Counted from the first letter of the stretch, positions 46,915 to 57,379 are shown. The stretch: DNA of 64,000 bases from Corynebacterium sp. (GCF_030532325.1 NZ_JAUNLS010000004.1:19902-83901); one strand, 5' to 3'. Notes: a model not told the origin generated them from the sequence alone. Translations and numbers: made by a program.

Positions 46915-47449
46915 GGGGCCGTCCTTCGTCTCGTGTGCTGTCCTCGCCGGCGTCTGCGGTGGGGTCGTGGCCGGCAGGAGGGGTGTCCTCGTGGTCAATG
47001 GTTTCGTAATCCTGGTGCGGGGCACTCGCGGAATTTGAATCCCCGGCTCCCAGCTGCCTTCTGGTGGGTTGCGTGAGCTCCTCGCGCTGGGCCTGGGCCA
47101 TCTGCCGGGCAATCGCGGGCTTATAAATGGCCTTCTCGCGCTTGTCCTTGGGCTGGCCGCGGCCGTTGCCAATCATCACCGCGATCCACGGCAGCGGGAA
47201 GGTCACGCCGACGACAATCGCGGCGATCAACCAGGCCTGCCAGTAGTAGATGGCCACGCCCGCGATGATGAGGGAGGGGATACGGATAAACTGCAAGATC
47301 CCGTAGATCACCTCGCGGCGCTCGCGGTCCTGGCCGGGGCCGACTTGGGCGTCGGTGATGAGATGGGCCTCGCGCCGGAACTTGAAGCCGTGGCGCCGCC
47401 CCGAAACAGGGGTGTGGTCGGAACCATCGCGCGAGTTCTGTGGATGCAT
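46904..47449 (-). CDS. DUF3099-family membrane protein
   Basis: Inner ATG at 47447-47449. Two TM helices (IPSLIIAGVAIYYW..., LIAAIVVGVTFPLPWIAVMIGN). Lies divergent from a DUF3039 gene as in mycobacteria. Confidence 0.7.
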   Translation of the reverse strand: MHPQNSRDGSDHTPVSGRRHGFKFRREAHLITDAQVGPGQDRERREVIYGILQFIRIPSLIIAGVAIYYWQAWLIAAIVVGVTFPLPWIAVMIGNGRGQPKDKREKAIYKPAIARQMAQAQREELTQPTRRQLGAGDSNSASAPHQDYETIDHEDTPPAGHDPTADAGEDSTRDEGRPHEQ

Positions 47450-47500
47450 GACCACTAGGGTAGCCGGGCGACTCGCGAACTTCGACACCGATACGGCATT

Positions 47501-47749
47501 ATGGTTGGGGTGAGTACGACGACTAAAACTATCGAGCGCCCCGATATCCGTGAGGATACGTCGACCAACGACGACACCCCTAAGTTCTTCCACTACGTCA
47601 AGAAGGACCAAATCCTAGACTCCGCGGTCAACGGCAAGTACGTCGTCGCCCTGTGCGGCGAGACCTTCCCGGTGACCAAGCAGGCCAAGCCGGGCTCCCC
47701 GGTGTGCCCGGACTGCGAGCGCGTCTACAAGGGGCTTCGCCGCAAGTAG
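47501..47749 (+). CDS. DUF3039-family protein
   Basis: FFHYVKKDQILDSAVNGKYVVALCGETFPVTKQAKPGSPVCPDCERVY; 82 aa. Confidence 0.85.
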   Translation: MVGVSTTTKTIERPDIREDTSTNDDTPKFFHYVKKDQILDSAVNGKYVVALCGETFPVTKQAKPGSPVCPDCERVYKGLRRK

Positions 47750-47759
47750 CGAAGACCGG

Positions 47760-47783
47760 GTGCTGCCGCTGAACCGGCAGCAC
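47760..47783 (+). terminator. Hairpin after the DUF3039 gene (no U-tract)
   Basis: Stem GTGCTGCCG / CGGCAGCAC (9 bp) with a 6-nt loop, 11 nt after the stop codon. Confidence 0.35.
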
Positions 47784-47947
47784 ACACCGCGCGGCCACGC
47801 CAGCCCGACACCCCGGGGCGGGCGCAGGCCGCGCTTTCAAAGGATCCTTGAGCAACGATCTGGGCGGGAACCGGGGCACGCAGGTTTCCGAGCACAGCGA
47901 GTATGCCCGCGCATGGGGGAGCGCGTGGGCAAAGAAGAGAAGGGATT

Positions 47948-49723
47948 GTGACAACAGCAAAGAGATTTGCCAACAACGGCAAACTTCGTGTGTGGCAGCG
48001 CGCAGCGCTAGATAAGTTCTTGGCCACCAAGCCGCAGGACTTCATGGCGGTGGCAACCCCGGGCGCGGGAAAGACCACCTTCGCGCTGCGCGTGGCCACC
48101 GAGCTGATGGAAGACCGCACCGTCGAGCGCGTCATCGTGGTGGTGCCCACTGAGCACCTCAAGGTGCAGTGGTCGCAGGCCGCCGCCCGGGTGGGCCTGG
48201 CACTGGATCCCAAGTTCACCAACTCCTCGGGCGTGAACCCGGCCATGGACGGCATCGTGGTCACCTACGCCCAGGTGGGCATGCACCCCTTCAAGCACCG
48301 CGCGGTGGCCTCGGCCCGGCGCACCCTGGTGATCCTCGACGAGATCCACCACGCCGGCGATGCCAAAAGCTGGGGCGATGGCGTCAAGGAGGCCTATGAT
48401 GACGTCGAACACCGCCTCGCGCTGACCGGTACGCCCTTCCGCTCCGATGACTCGCAGATTCCCTTCGTGCGCTACGAGCAGGACGGCGAGGGCCACCTCG
48501 TCTCGCGCTCCGATCACACCTACGGCTACGGCGATGCGCTTGCCGATGGCGTCGTTCGCCCCGTCGTCTTCCTCTCCTACTCCGGCGAATCCCGCTGGCG
48601 CGATAGCGCCGGCGAGGAACACAGCGCACGCCTAGGCGATATCCTCAACCCAGAGCAGACCGCCCGCGCCTGGCGTACCGCGCTCGACCCGAAGGGCGAG
48701 TGGATCCCCACCGTGCTGCAGGCCGCACACACCCGCCTGCTGCAGATGCGCCGCAACATGCCCGACGCCGGCGGCCTAGTCCTGGCCACCGATACGCAGA
48801 CCGCGCGCGCCTACGCGAAGATCCTCAAACGCATCTCTAGTACCCCCGTCTCCGTTATTCTCTCCGACGATCCGGGTTCCTCCGAACGCATCGAGGAGTT
48901 CTCCAACAGCACCGACGAGTGGATGGTGGCCGTGCGCATGGTCTCCGAGGGAGTGGACGTTCCACGCCTGGCGGTGGGTGTGTATGCCACCTCGGCCTCG
49001 ACCCCGCTGTTCTTTGCTCAGGCCATCGGCCGCTTCGTGCGCTCGCGCATGCCGGGCGAGACCGCCTCCGTCTTCCTACCCTCCGTGCCGGTGCTGCTGG
49101 GGCTGGCGGAGAACATGGAAAAGCAGCGCGACCACGTGCTAGGGGCCGATAAGGATCCTATGAAGGAGGGATGGGACGACGAAGCCCTCGCGGAGGCCAA
49201 CGCCAAGAAGTCCGAGCCAGACATGCTCGAGCCCTCCTACGAGGCCCTCGGCGCGGAGGCCGAATTCTCCGGGCTGCTCTTCAACGGCTCGCAGTTCAAC
49301 ACCGCCAACATCACCGAGGAAGAAGAGGACTTTCTGGGCATTCCGGGGCTTCTCGACGCCGAGCAGGTCAAGGACCTGCTGCGCAAGAAGCAGTCCGAGG
49401 AGATGGACCGCCGTGAGGCCGAAGAGAAGGCCCGCCGCGCAGCGGAGGCCGCCGAGGAACAGCGTCGCAAGCTTTACGGCATGCAGTACGCGCCGAAGAA
49501 GCACGAGGAGCACGCGCAGAGCTCCGCTGAGGGCGGCGTGGTGGATGAAATCTCGTCTCTGCGCAAAGAATTGAATACGGTGGTCTCCATCACCGCGCAG
49601 CGCACCGGGCGCCCGCACGGCGCTATCCACACGGAGGCTCGCAAGGCGTGCGGCGGACCGCCCACCGCGTTGTGCGATGCTCAACAACTCCGTGACCGCA
49701 TCGAATACCTGCGAAAGTGGTAA
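47948..49723 (+). CDS. SF2 DEAD/DEAH-box helicase (type III restriction Res / XPB-like core) with charged C-terminal extension
   Basis: GTG at 47948 after AGAAGGGA. Walker A ATPGAGKT and motif II LDEIHHAG, followed by LTGTPFRSD. The ~170-aa C-terminal region is rich in E/K/R/A. Confidence 0.8.
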   Translation: MTTAKRFANNGKLRVWQRAALDKFLATKPQDFMAVATPGAGKTTFALRVATELMEDRTVERVIVVVPTEHLKVQWSQAAARVGLALDPKFTNSSGVNPAMDGIVVTYAQVGMHPFKHRAVASARRTLVILDEIHHAGDAKSWGDGVKEAYDDVEHRLALTGTPFRSDDSQIPFVRYEQDGEGHLVSRSDHTYGYGDALADGVVRPVVFLSYSGESRWRDSAGEEHSARLGDILNPEQTARAWRTALDPKGEWIPTVLQAAHTRLLQMRRNMPDAGGLVLATDTQTARAYAKILKRISSTPVSVILSDDPGSSERIEEFSNSTDEWMVAVRMVSEGVDVPRLAVGVYATSASTPLFFAQAIGRFVRSRMPGETASVFLPSVPVLLGLAENMEKQRDHVLGADKDPMKEGWDDEALAEANAKKSEPDMLEPSYEALGAEAEFSGLLFNGSQFNTANITEEEEDFLGIPGLLDAEQVKDLLRKKQSEEMDRREAEEKARRAAEAAEEQRRKLYGMQYAPKKHEEHAQSSAEGGVVDEISSLRKELNTVVSITAQRTGRPHGAIHTEARKACGGPPTALCDAQQLRDRIEYLRKW

Positions 49724-49729
49724 GACGCC

Positions 49730-50071
49730 ATGTCCCAGCCCCAGCCCCCGTTCCCTTCCGCTCAGCCCCAGTATTCGAAGCCGAACGCATGGGCGCTGGC
49801 GGCCCTGGGCATGGCGGTCATCCCGCCATTGCTTACCATCGGGCTGACACTGATCAACAGCGCGGCAGGATTCCTGGTGAGCATCCTGTGCATGGTCAGC
49901 GGCACCGCTGCCGTGGCGCTGGCATTCGTGGCGTTCATCGTGGGCGTTAATCTCCGTCCGGAGCACAAGCGCACCACTATCTCTGTCATCTCCATCGTGC
50001 TGGGCATCCTCTGGGCGATATCCGGGACTCCCCTCATCATGGCCCTCATGATGGCCACTGGTTTCCGGTAG
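49730..50071 (+). CDS. Small membrane protein (Pro/Gln-rich N-terminus, three TM helices)
   Basis: MSQPQPPFPSAQPQYSKPNAWALAALGMAVIPPLL... Starts 6 nt after the helicase stop. Confidence 0.55.
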   Translation: MSQPQPPFPSAQPQYSKPNAWALAALGMAVIPPLLTIGLTLINSAAGFLVSILCMVSGTAAVALAFVAFIVGVNLRPEHKRTTISVISIVLGILWAISGTPLIMALMMATGFR

Positions 50072-50123
50072 ACGGCGGCCCTTCACCCGCGGGCCGGCGC
50101 TGAGGCGTTGAGGCGATGAGGCC

Positions 50124-50192
50124 TAAGAAAACGACCACAACGGTAAATAGCGCCCCCGATGGAGAAATTCGGGGGCGCTATTTACCGTTGTG
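50124..50192 (-). terminator. sigA terminator: 24-bp perfect stem
   Basis: 50136-50159 pairs perfectly with 50169-50192 around a 9-nt loop. The minus-strand RNA continues GUCGUUUUCUU. Confidence 0.8.
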
Positions 50193-50247
50193 ACACTCGG
50201 CGCTCACGCCAGGCAGAACGCTGGCCTCGTCCTGCCGGGGCAGTGAC

Positions 50248-51621
50248 CTAGTCCAGGTAGTCGCGCAGCACCTGCGAGCGCGAGGGGTGGCGCAGCTTGG
50301 ACATGGTCTTGGATTCAATCTGGCGGATGCGCTCGCGGGTCACGCCGTAGACCTGGCCGATTTCGTCTAAAGTGCGCGGCATGCCGTCGGTTAGGCCGAA
50401 GCGCAGGCGCACCACACCGGCCTCGCGTTCGGAGAGCGTGGTGAGCACGTCCTGCAGCTGATCCTGCAGCAGGGTGAAGGAGACGGCGTCGACAGCAATG
50501 ACGGCCTCGGAGTCCTCGATGAAGTCACCGAGCTGAGAGTCGCCCTCGTCACCGATGGTCTGATCCAGGGAGATGGGCTCACGAGCGTACTGCTGGATCT
50601 CCAGCACCTTTTCCTCGGTGATATCCATTTCCTTGGCCAGCTCCAGCGGGGTGGGCTCGCGGCCCAGATCCTGCAGCAGCTCACGCTGAATGCGGCCGAG
50701 CTTGTTGATGACCTCCACCATGTGCACCGGAATGCGGATGGTGCGGGCCTGGTCTGCCATAGCGCGGGTGATGGCCTGGCGGATCCACCACGTGGCGTAG
50801 GTGGAGAACTTGTAGCCCTTGGTGTAGTCGAACTTCTCGACGGCGCGGATAAGGCCCAGGTTGCCCTCCTGGATCAGGTCCAGGAAGGCCATGCCGCGGC
50901 CGGTGTAGCGCTTGGCCAGGGAGACCACCAGGCGGAGGTTGGCCTCCAGCAGGTGGTTCTTGGCCTTGCGGCCGTCGCGGGCAATGGCGCGCAGATCGCG
51001 CTTTTCCATGGGGGAGAGCTTGGCGGCCTTGTCGCCCTCGGCGCGGGCCTTTTCCATCTCATCCATGCGGTACTGCGCGTAGAGGCCGGCCTCAATGCGC
51101 TTGGCCAGGGAGACCTCCTGCTCGGCGTTGAGCAGCGCCACCTTGCCGATCTGCTTGAGGTAAGCGCGGACGGAGTCCGCCGAGGCTGTCAGCTGTGCGT
51201 CCTTGCGCGCCTGGCGCAGGGCAGCGGACTCTTCCTCGTCCCAGACGGAGGAGCCGTCATCCTCGTCCTCGTCCTCCTCATCCAAGGAGTCCTCGTCGGA
51301 GGCAAACTCGTCGTCGTCATCCATCTCGTCAGCATCTGGATCGAAGTCCACGTCCTCGTTGTCGAGGTCCTCCGTGGTCTCGTCCTCGAGCTCCTCGGAC
51401 TCGAGCTGCGAATTCTCCTCCGGGGAGGTCGCCTTCTTGGCCGCGGACTTGCGAACAGTCTTCTTCGCGGTCTTCTTGACAGCCTTCTTGGTGGTTTTCT
51501 TAGCCGTCTTTTTAGCGGTTTTCTTCGCTGTCTTTTTGGCGGTCTTCTTTGCAGGTGCAGATGCCTCGGCGGCGTCTACGCCCTCTCCGAGTACCTGGTC
51601 TGAAGAATCAGTGGCTGCCAC
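50248..51621 (-). CDS. sigA: Primary sigma factor SigA
   Basis: [17 protein letters not shown] and [20 protein letters not shown]. The N-terminus has lysine-rich (KKTA)n repeats and an acidic region, as in other corynebacterial SigA proteins. Confidence 0.97.
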   Translation of the reverse strand: MAATDSSDQVLGEGVDAAEASAPAKKTAKKTAKKTAKKTAKKTTKKAVKKTAKKTVRKSAAKKATSPEENSQLESEELEDETTEDLDNEDVDFDPDADEMDDDDEFASDEDSLDEEDEDEDDGSSVWDEEESAALRQARKDAQLTASADSVRAYLKQIGKVALLNAEQEVSLAKRIEAGLYAQYRMDEMEKARAEGDKAAKLSPMEKRDLRAIARDGRKAKNHLLEANLRLVVSLAKRYTGRGMAFLDLIQEGNLGLIRAVEKFDYTKGYKFSTYATWWIRQAITRAMADQARTIRIPVHMVEVINKLGRIQRELLQDLGREPTPLELAKEMDITEEKVLEIQQYAREPISLDQTIGDEGDSQLGDFIEDSEAVIAVDAVSFTLLQDQLQDVLTTLSEREAGVVRLRFGLTDGMPRTLDEIGQVYGVTRERIRQIESKTMSKLRHPSRSQVLRDYLD

Positions 51622-51820
51622 GTACGCCCTTTCGACTTGCTCTTGAGGTGAAAACTGCGGTCACCTGCGTTCTCCTCGCAGTCACCACATGCTAGCCCGC
51701 CTCGCTCCTGCGCAGGAGAGGCGCGCCGCCAGTTTTCAACTGATGATCGACGGCCCAGTATAGATCATTTTCCGTAATAGGGGGTTGATTAGGCCGCGCT
51801 AAGGATGTAAAGAGCTCCGG

Positions 51821-52582
51821 CTAGGGCCGGATTCCTTGTACCGCCGCCATGGCCGCACCGACGATTCCCGCCCGGTTACGCAGGCGAGCCGGGGTGACCA
51901 AGGTGTCGATGTTGAGCATGGGGCCCCACTTGTCAAACTTGCGGGAAATGCCGCCGCCGATGACGAAGGCCTGCGGGTTGAAAAGCATGTCGTACTCGCT
52001 GAGTACGCGGTCGAGGCGCGCTGCCCACTTCTTGTACTTCAGGCCCTCGCGCTCCTTCACGGCCGAAGAAGCCTGGTGCTCTGCCTCGACGCCGTCGACC
52101 ATGAGGTGGCCCAGCTCGGTGTTGGGGAAGAGGTGGCCGTCGAGAAGAAATGCGGAACCAATGCCCGTGCCGAGCGTGAGGAAGATGACCGAGCCCTGGC
52201 GTGCGACCTCGTCGCCGTAGGCGACCTCGGCTAGGCCGGCGGCGTCGGCGTCGTTGAGCACGGTAAAAGGCTGATCCAGGAAGGAGCCGAAGAGCTCCTG
52301 GGCGTCGATGCCAATCCAGCTGTGGTCAATGTTGGCCGCGCTGCGGATGATCTGCCCCGAGACCACCGAGGGCATGGTGATGCCGACGGGGCCCTCCCAG
52401 CCCTTCTCCTTGACGATGCGCGCGACAACCTCAGCGACTGCCTCCGGAGTGGCAGGCTGTGGGGTCTGGATCTTGAGGCGATCGTCGACGAACTCTCCCG
52501 TGGCGAGATCCACCTCAGCGCCCTTGATTCCGGAGCCGCCGACGTCGATGCCGAAGGAATGGCCTGAAAGTTCCAAAGTCAT
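51821..52582 (-). CDS. ppgK: Polyphosphate/ATP glucokinase (ROK family)
   Basis: [17 protein letters not shown]... with a ROK fold. Lies adjacent to sigA as in mycobacteria. Confidence 0.9.
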   Translation of the reverse strand: MTLELSGHSFGIDVGGSGIKGAEVDLATGEFVDDRLKIQTPQPATPEAVAEVVARIVKEKGWEGPVGITMPSVVSGQIIRSAANIDHSWIGIDAQELFGSFLDQPFTVLNDADAAGLAEVAYGDEVARQGSVIFLTLGTGIGSAFLLDGHLFPNTELGHLMVDGVEAEHQASSAVKEREGLKYKKWAARLDRVLSEYDMLFNPQAFVIGGGISRKFDKWGPMLNIDTLVTPARLRNRAGIVGAAMAAVQGIRP

Positions 52583-52856
52583 AGGGACAGTCTAAACATA
52601 AGTGCACCCGGCAAGCAGAGCGAGCGTTCGCGGGCCGGATCCCCCTGCTTCAGGTCAAACGTGACGCGGACCTCTTTGGTGATCTAGGGGCGCTATAGGT
52701 GCAGGTAGTGCGGCATTCTCCGGGGGTTAAAGCGCCGCGGGGGTAGGGGAAATAGTGCCCCCGATCTGAGATGACTATGACATGTGGCGGAATGTGGTTT
52801 AGTATGCCGTCGATAAATAGACATTCCCATCAATGTGACAGCTAGGGGAAAGCATT

Positions 52857-53147
52857 ATGGCCACCGATTATGACGCACCGCGTCGCCGCGTAGAAGACGA
52901 GCTTGAGACTGATTCTCTGGAAGGTCTCAAGGCTGCTGAAACCGATAACAACGGCATGGACGATGACGGAGAGATTGTCGAGTCTTTCGAGCCACCATCA
53001 GTGGATCTCACCGGTGAGGAGCTCAACGTCACCGTGATCCCGCGCAAGGACGACGAGTTCACCTGCTCCGTGTGCTTCCTGGTGCAGTCCAACAAGCGTT
53101 TCTCCCACGAGGAGGACGGCCAGAAGGTCTGCCTCGACTGCGCCTAA
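52857..53147 (+). CDS. DUF4193-family protein
   Basis: MATDYDAPRRR...EELNVTVIPRKDDEFTCSVCFLVQSNKRFSHEEDGQKVCLDCA. Confidence 0.85.
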   Translation: MATDYDAPRRRVEDELETDSLEGLKAAETDNNGMDDDGEIVESFEPPSVDLTGEELNVTVIPRKDDEFTCSVCFLVQSNKRFSHEEDGQKVCLDCA

Positions 53148-53168
53148 ATACCCGCTCTGTCCAAGTGC

Positions 53169-53711
53169 CTAGGCGCTCTGCTGGGAGCTTCCGCCGAGGA
53201 AGGCATCGAGAAGCTGCTGCGGATTCTTTGAGCCGATGAGCCAGTAAGGCGTGGGATCCTCCGGGTCATCGAGCACCAGCATCACGTGCTCCGGCACCCA
53301 GCCGTGGGTCACCAGGAACGCGGCGGGATCCAGCTGTGGGCCCAGCGCGTTGCGGCGGGCACTGGCAGGTACGGTGGTGCTGCGAGCAACGACATCGTGC
53401 GGCAGCTGGGCGTTTTTCACCATGAGCCAGCGGGTTCCGTCCGCGTCCTGCTCCACCTTGACCACCGTGTTGGACCACGACAGCAGCATCCAGATTGCAA
53501 TGATGGACAAGATGACCACGGGGCCAATCACCCAGGCGATGCCGCGGTTTAGGCTCACCGTGGCGGTGAAAATACCGATGACAAAGGCCGCCATTAGCCA
53601 CCAGTACCACGGCACCCACTGGCGCTCACTGTAAATAACCTGCGGTGCCTGCGCGGTGTTTGCGGCGGCGTCTTTACTGCTTGCGGAACGTGGGCTGGAG
53701 CTCATGGCCAT
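53169..53711 (-). CDS. DUF3093-family membrane protein
   Basis: [22 protein letters not shown]... with two TM helices followed by a conserved soluble domain. Start is ATG 53711 or 53705. Confidence 0.75.
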   Translation of the reverse strand: MAMSSSPRSASSKDAAANTAQAPQVIYSERQWVPWYWWLMAAFVIGIFTATVSLNRGIAWVIGPVVILSIIAIWMLLSWSNTVVKVEQDADGTRWLMVKNAQLPHDVVARSTTVPASARRNALGPQLDPAAFLVTHGWVPEHVMLVLDDPEDPTPYWLIGSKNPQQLLDAFLGGSSQQSA

Positions 53712-53818
53712 TGAGTCTAGTCTGCGCTTTGGGCCTGGCTCCAATCTCGGCGTCTAACCGGCATGCTTGGGCTTTTCCTCGCTGCCCACAAGGTAGGCTT
53801 GGCCGGGTGAATGACTCA

Positions 53819-54292
53819 ATGATGAATTCCGAGCACAATCCGGGGCTGAGCACCGTGGGCCCTGTGAAACTCAAGCGCCTTGACCCTCAGCTTCCGCTGC
53901 CCAAGCGGGCTCATCGCGGTGACGCGGGTGCTGATCTCTACGCCGCTGAGTCAGTGACCCTGCAGCCCGGCGAGCGCGCCCTGGTGGGAACGGGCATCGC
54001 CATCGCCTTGCCACTGGGCACCGTGGGCCTTATCCATCCGCGCTCTGGGCTGGGCGCCAAGCACGGCATTTCCGTGGTCAACACCCCGGGAACCATCGAC
54101 GCCGATTACCGCGGCGAGATCAAGGTCTGCCTTATTAACCACGATCCGCGCGAGCCCTTTGCCGTGGAGCGGGGGATGCGCATTGCCCAGCTAGTGGTCC
54201 AGCGCGTGGAGCTGGTGGACTTTGAGGAAGTCGATGAGCTGGATGACACCGTGCGCGGTGCCGGCGGGTACGGCTCCACGGGTGTGAACTAG
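53819..54292 (+). CDS. dut: dUTP diphosphatase
   Basis: Inner ATG at 53819. Motifs [14 protein letters not shown] and [11 protein letters not shown]. Confidence 0.95.
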   Translation: MMNSEHNPGLSTVGPVKLKRLDPQLPLPKRAHRGDAGADLYAAESVTLQPGERALVGTGIAIALPLGTVGLIHPRSGLGAKHGISVVNTPGTIDADYRGEIKVCLINHDPREPFAVERGMRIAQLVVQRVELVDFEEVDELDDTVRGAGGYGSTGVN

Positions 54293-54392
54293 TAACACGC
54301 CAGACCAGAACCTGGGGCCGGAGACCTGAGGCCAGAGAAACAGACACGACGCAGTAAAGACGCAGACAAGCAACACACAGCGAGGTGACACC

Positions 54393-55268
54393 ATGGCACT
54401 GTGGCCATTTTCCAAGAAAGATAAGCAGACGGACTCCGAGCAGCCCGCAGCGCAGCAGGTTGAGCCCGGTGGGGCCGAGCACGGTGACGCGGCGCTAGAC
54501 GACGCCCCAAAGAACACTGCGGCCAGTTCGGCCAATTCGGCCGACTCAGCCAATGCGGCTGAGTCTGGCGAGTTCCAGGTGGTCGAACACGACGCCATCA
54601 ACGGGGACATGGGCCCCTTCGACGGCGACTCCGTGGACATCGAGCAGTTCAACTTTTCGGACTTCGCCTCTGGTGTGCTGGACCTGGGTTCCCTGCGCAT
54701 TGCGCTGCCCAAGGGTTCTCAGGTGCAAGTGGAGATGGGCCAGGCAGGCCCGCGGATGCTCCACATCCTCACCGAGCACGGCCGCATGACCCCCGTGGCC
54801 TTCGCCGCACCGCGAACGCCGGGGCAGTGGGCTGACTCCGCCCGCGATATTATTGAGGGCCTGCGCCGTGACGGATTCGAGGCGCGCACGGAGCAGGGCC
54901 CGTGGGGCACGGAGATCGTCGGCGGCAATGGCGATGGCGAGATTCGCATGATCGGCGTCGACGGGCCGCGCTGGATGTACCGCCTGACCCTGGCGGCCCC
55001 GCTGGCCAGCGCCGAGCAGTTGGCTGAGGTGGGCCGCGAGGTGGTGGCGCGCACGTTTGTCTACCGCGGCTCCGATCCCATCCTGGCCGGTAGCCCTCTG
55101 CCGGTGACCCTGCCGGGCGTGCTGGCCCAGCAGGTCCAGGAAGCCATGGAGAAGCGGCAGCAGCAGGCCCAGGCCGCCGCGGCGAAGAGCCCCGAGGCCG
55201 CGCCCGCGGCCGACACCCCGGAAGGCCAGGCCGCGCAGCAGCTGCGCGATATTGAGTCCGAAAAGTAG
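54393..55268 (+). CDS. DUF3710-family protein
   Basis: GPFDGDSV...LDLGSLRIALPKGSQVQVEM...GPRWMYRL. Lies downstream of dut as in other actinobacteria. Confidence 0.8.
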   Translation: MALWPFSKKDKQTDSEQPAAQQVEPGGAEHGDAALDDAPKNTAASSANSADSANAAESGEFQVVEHDAINGDMGPFDGDSVDIEQFNFSDFASGVLDLGSLRIALPKGSQVQVEMGQAGPRMLHILTEHGRMTPVAFAAPRTPGQWADSARDIIEGLRRDGFEARTEQGPWGTEIVGGNGDGEIRMIGVDGPRWMYRLTLAAPLASAEQLAEVGREVVARTFVYRGSDPILAGSPLPVTLPGVLAQQVQEAMEKRQQQAQAAAAKSPEAAPAADTPEGQAAQQLRDIESEK

Positions 55269-55280
55269 AAAAGAGTTTTA

Positions 55281-56006
55281 ATGACCTCACCCCACACTGA
55301 GCCGGTAAATGCCGTGCAGGACGAAGCCGAGGAAGCAGAACCCACGCTGCTGGAGCAGATGGGCGGGCTGACTGGGCTGGTGTCTGCAACCCTGCCCATC
55401 GTGGTGCTCATCCCCGTGAACAACTTCTGGGGTTTGGGCCCGGCCTTGGCGGCGGCGCTGGGCATGGCCGCTCTGATTTTTGTGTGGCGTCTGGCCCGCC
55501 GGGATACCCTGCAGCCAGCCATCTCCGGCTTGCTGGGCGTGGCCATCTGCGCGGGCATTGCGTGGTACACCGGCTCAGCGAAGGGCTACTTCCTCTACGG
55601 CATCTGGATGTCGCTGCTGTTTTTCATCGTCGCCTTCATATCCATCCTGGTGCGCTGGCCCATCGTCGGCGTGGTGTGGAAGGGTATCAACGGCGAGGAC
55701 ATGTCCTGGCGCGAGCTGGTGCCAGCGCGCCGAGCCTATGCCGTGGCCACCGCCGGCTGGGCGGTGGTTTTCTTGGCCCGGTTTGTTATCCAGCGCGCTA
55801 TTTACGACGCCGATGCCACCACCGCCCTGGGCATTGTGCGCATCGTCATGGGCTGGCCGCTGACCGGTCTGGTCACCTTGCTCACCGTGTGGATGGTGCG
55901 CCGCGCGAATGCAGCGATGCGGGATGAGAAGGAAGAACGGCAAGACAAAGACAGCGCAGAAAATACAGAATCAGCAGAGAGGGAAGAGGTAGCCTCCGAT
56001 GACTAA
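55281..56006 (+). CDS. DUF3159-family membrane protein
   Basis: LLEQMGGLTGLVSATLPIVVLIPVN... with a multi-TM profile and conserved position. Confidence 0.8.
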   Translation: MTSPHTEPVNAVQDEAEEAEPTLLEQMGGLTGLVSATLPIVVLIPVNNFWGLGPALAAALGMAALIFVWRLARRDTLQPAISGLLGVAICAGIAWYTGSAKGYFLYGIWMSLLFFIVAFISILVRWPIVGVVWKGINGEDMSWRELVPARRAYAVATAGWAVVFLARFVIQRAIYDADATTALGIVRIVMGWPLTGLVTLLTVWMVRRANAAMRDEKEERQDKDSAENTESAEREEVASDD

Positions 56007-57261
56007 GACCGACGAGCGCGGCGCCCTGGAGCGTGGCGCGGAGTTTGAGCTGCACATCGAGCGCATGGGCCACGGCGGGGTGGGCATTGGCACCGCCCCG
56101 GATGGGCGTGTGTGCTTTGTTGCCGGTGGTTTTCCGGGCGATGAGCTGCGGGTGAGCGCGCGGAAGGTCAAGAAGTCCTTCATTGAGGCTGATCTACTGG
56201 AGGTCATCAGCGCGGGCGACCTGCGCGTGCCCTCCCAGTGCGCGGCCGCCGAGGCTGGTGCCGGATGCTGCGACTTCGCTGAGCTCGACCCGGCCGCCGA
56301 GCTGGATATCAAGGCTGAGGTCTTGAGGGATCAGCTCCGTCGCATCGCCAAGCTAGAGAGCATCCCGGAGATTGCGCAGCGCGAGCTGCCCCCGCACCGC
56401 GGCTGGCGCACCCGCGTGCGCCTAGGTGTGGATGCAGAGGGTCGTGCCGGCACCCGCAAGCGCCAGTCGCACGATGTGGTCACGCAGATGGCCTGCAGCC
56501 AGCTGGTCCCCGGCCTGGTTGACGGGCTCGTGGGCCCGGGCGCGCGCCGCTTCAGCCCGGGCGCGGAGGTCATCGCGGTGCTCGATAGCGACGGCAACCG
56601 CCACGTCGTGGAATCCCGCAAGGCCCCGCGCGGGCGTCGCACCGAAAACGTCAAGGAGGTCATCGAGGCCCCCACCCCGAAGGTGGTGCAGCGCGCCGAC
56701 GGGCACGAGTTCTCCTTCCCCCCGCTGGCCTTCTGGCAGGCGCACAGCGCAGCGCCGGAGGCCTACACCGACATCGCGCGCAGCTGGCTGGCCGGCACAG
56801 CCGAGGGCGACGGCGTGGCCTGGGATCTCTACGGCGGTGTGGGCCTGTTTGTTCCGGTCCTCGCCGAGGCCACCACGGGGCATACCGCGGTGCATTCGGT
56901 GGACTTTTCCCCGGCCGCCTCGGCCTCGCAGCCGGGCCTGGAGGGCATTGACGTCACCTTCCACAGCGCCAAGGTGGAGGACGTCGCCTCCACGCTTCCG
57001 GCCCCCGCCGCGGTGATCCTCGATCCGCCGCGCACCGGCGCTGGCGCGGAGGTCATCAAGGCCATCGCCCAGGCGCAGCCGGCCCGCGTGATGCACGTGG
57101 GCTGCGATCCCGCGACGTTTGCCCGGGACGTCTACTACTGGCGGGAGTGGGGCTATGGCCTGGACAAACTCGTGGTGGTCAACGCCTTCCCCGGAACGCA
57201 TCACTTTGAAACTTTGGCTTTGCTGGTACCAGACTCACACTCCACTCACTCTTCCTGCTGA
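55999..57261 (+). CDS. TRAM-domain SAM-dependent RNA (uracil-5) methyltransferase, RlmD/TrmA family
   Basis: N-terminal TRAM-like segment (ELHIERMGHGGVGIG), a Cys cluster (C...CCDF), and a C-terminal methyltransferase with DPPRTGAG and MHVGCDPATFARD. Confidence 0.85.
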   Translation: MTKTDERGALERGAEFELHIERMGHGGVGIGTAPDGRVCFVAGGFPGDELRVSARKVKKSFIEADLLEVISAGDLRVPSQCAAAEAGAGCCDFAELDPAAELDIKAEVLRDQLRRIAKLESIPEIAQRELPPHRGWRTRVRLGVDAEGRAGTRKRQSHDVVTQMACSQLVPGLVDGLVGPGARRFSPGAEVIAVLDSDGNRHVVESRKAPRGRRTENVKEVIEAPTPKVVQRADGHEFSFPPLAFWQAHSAAPEAYTDIARSWLAGTAEGDGVAWDLYGGVGLFVPVLAEATTGHTAVHSVDFSPAASASQPGLEGIDVTFHSAKVEDVASTLPAPAAVILDPPRTGAGAEVIKAIAQAQPARVMHVGCDPATFARDVYYWREWGYGLDKLVVVNAFPGTHHFETLALLVPDSHSTHSSC

Positions 57262-57379
57262 GGTGGGGCACTGTGGTCGCAGTACTTCTTTGGACGACGA
57301 ACGATTGCGGTCCCGCGGAATGTTGCGGGTACGGTAGGAAAGAACAGAAACGATAGATGAAGGGGTTGAAGGCAGCTCT

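Noticed and set aside
51440-51560. 12-bp tandem repeats in the sigA 5' region encoding (KKTA)n
   Set aside because: Lysine/alanine-rich repeats in the SigA N-terminus are a known feature of corynebacterial and other actinobacterial primary sigma factors. This is not a separate element.
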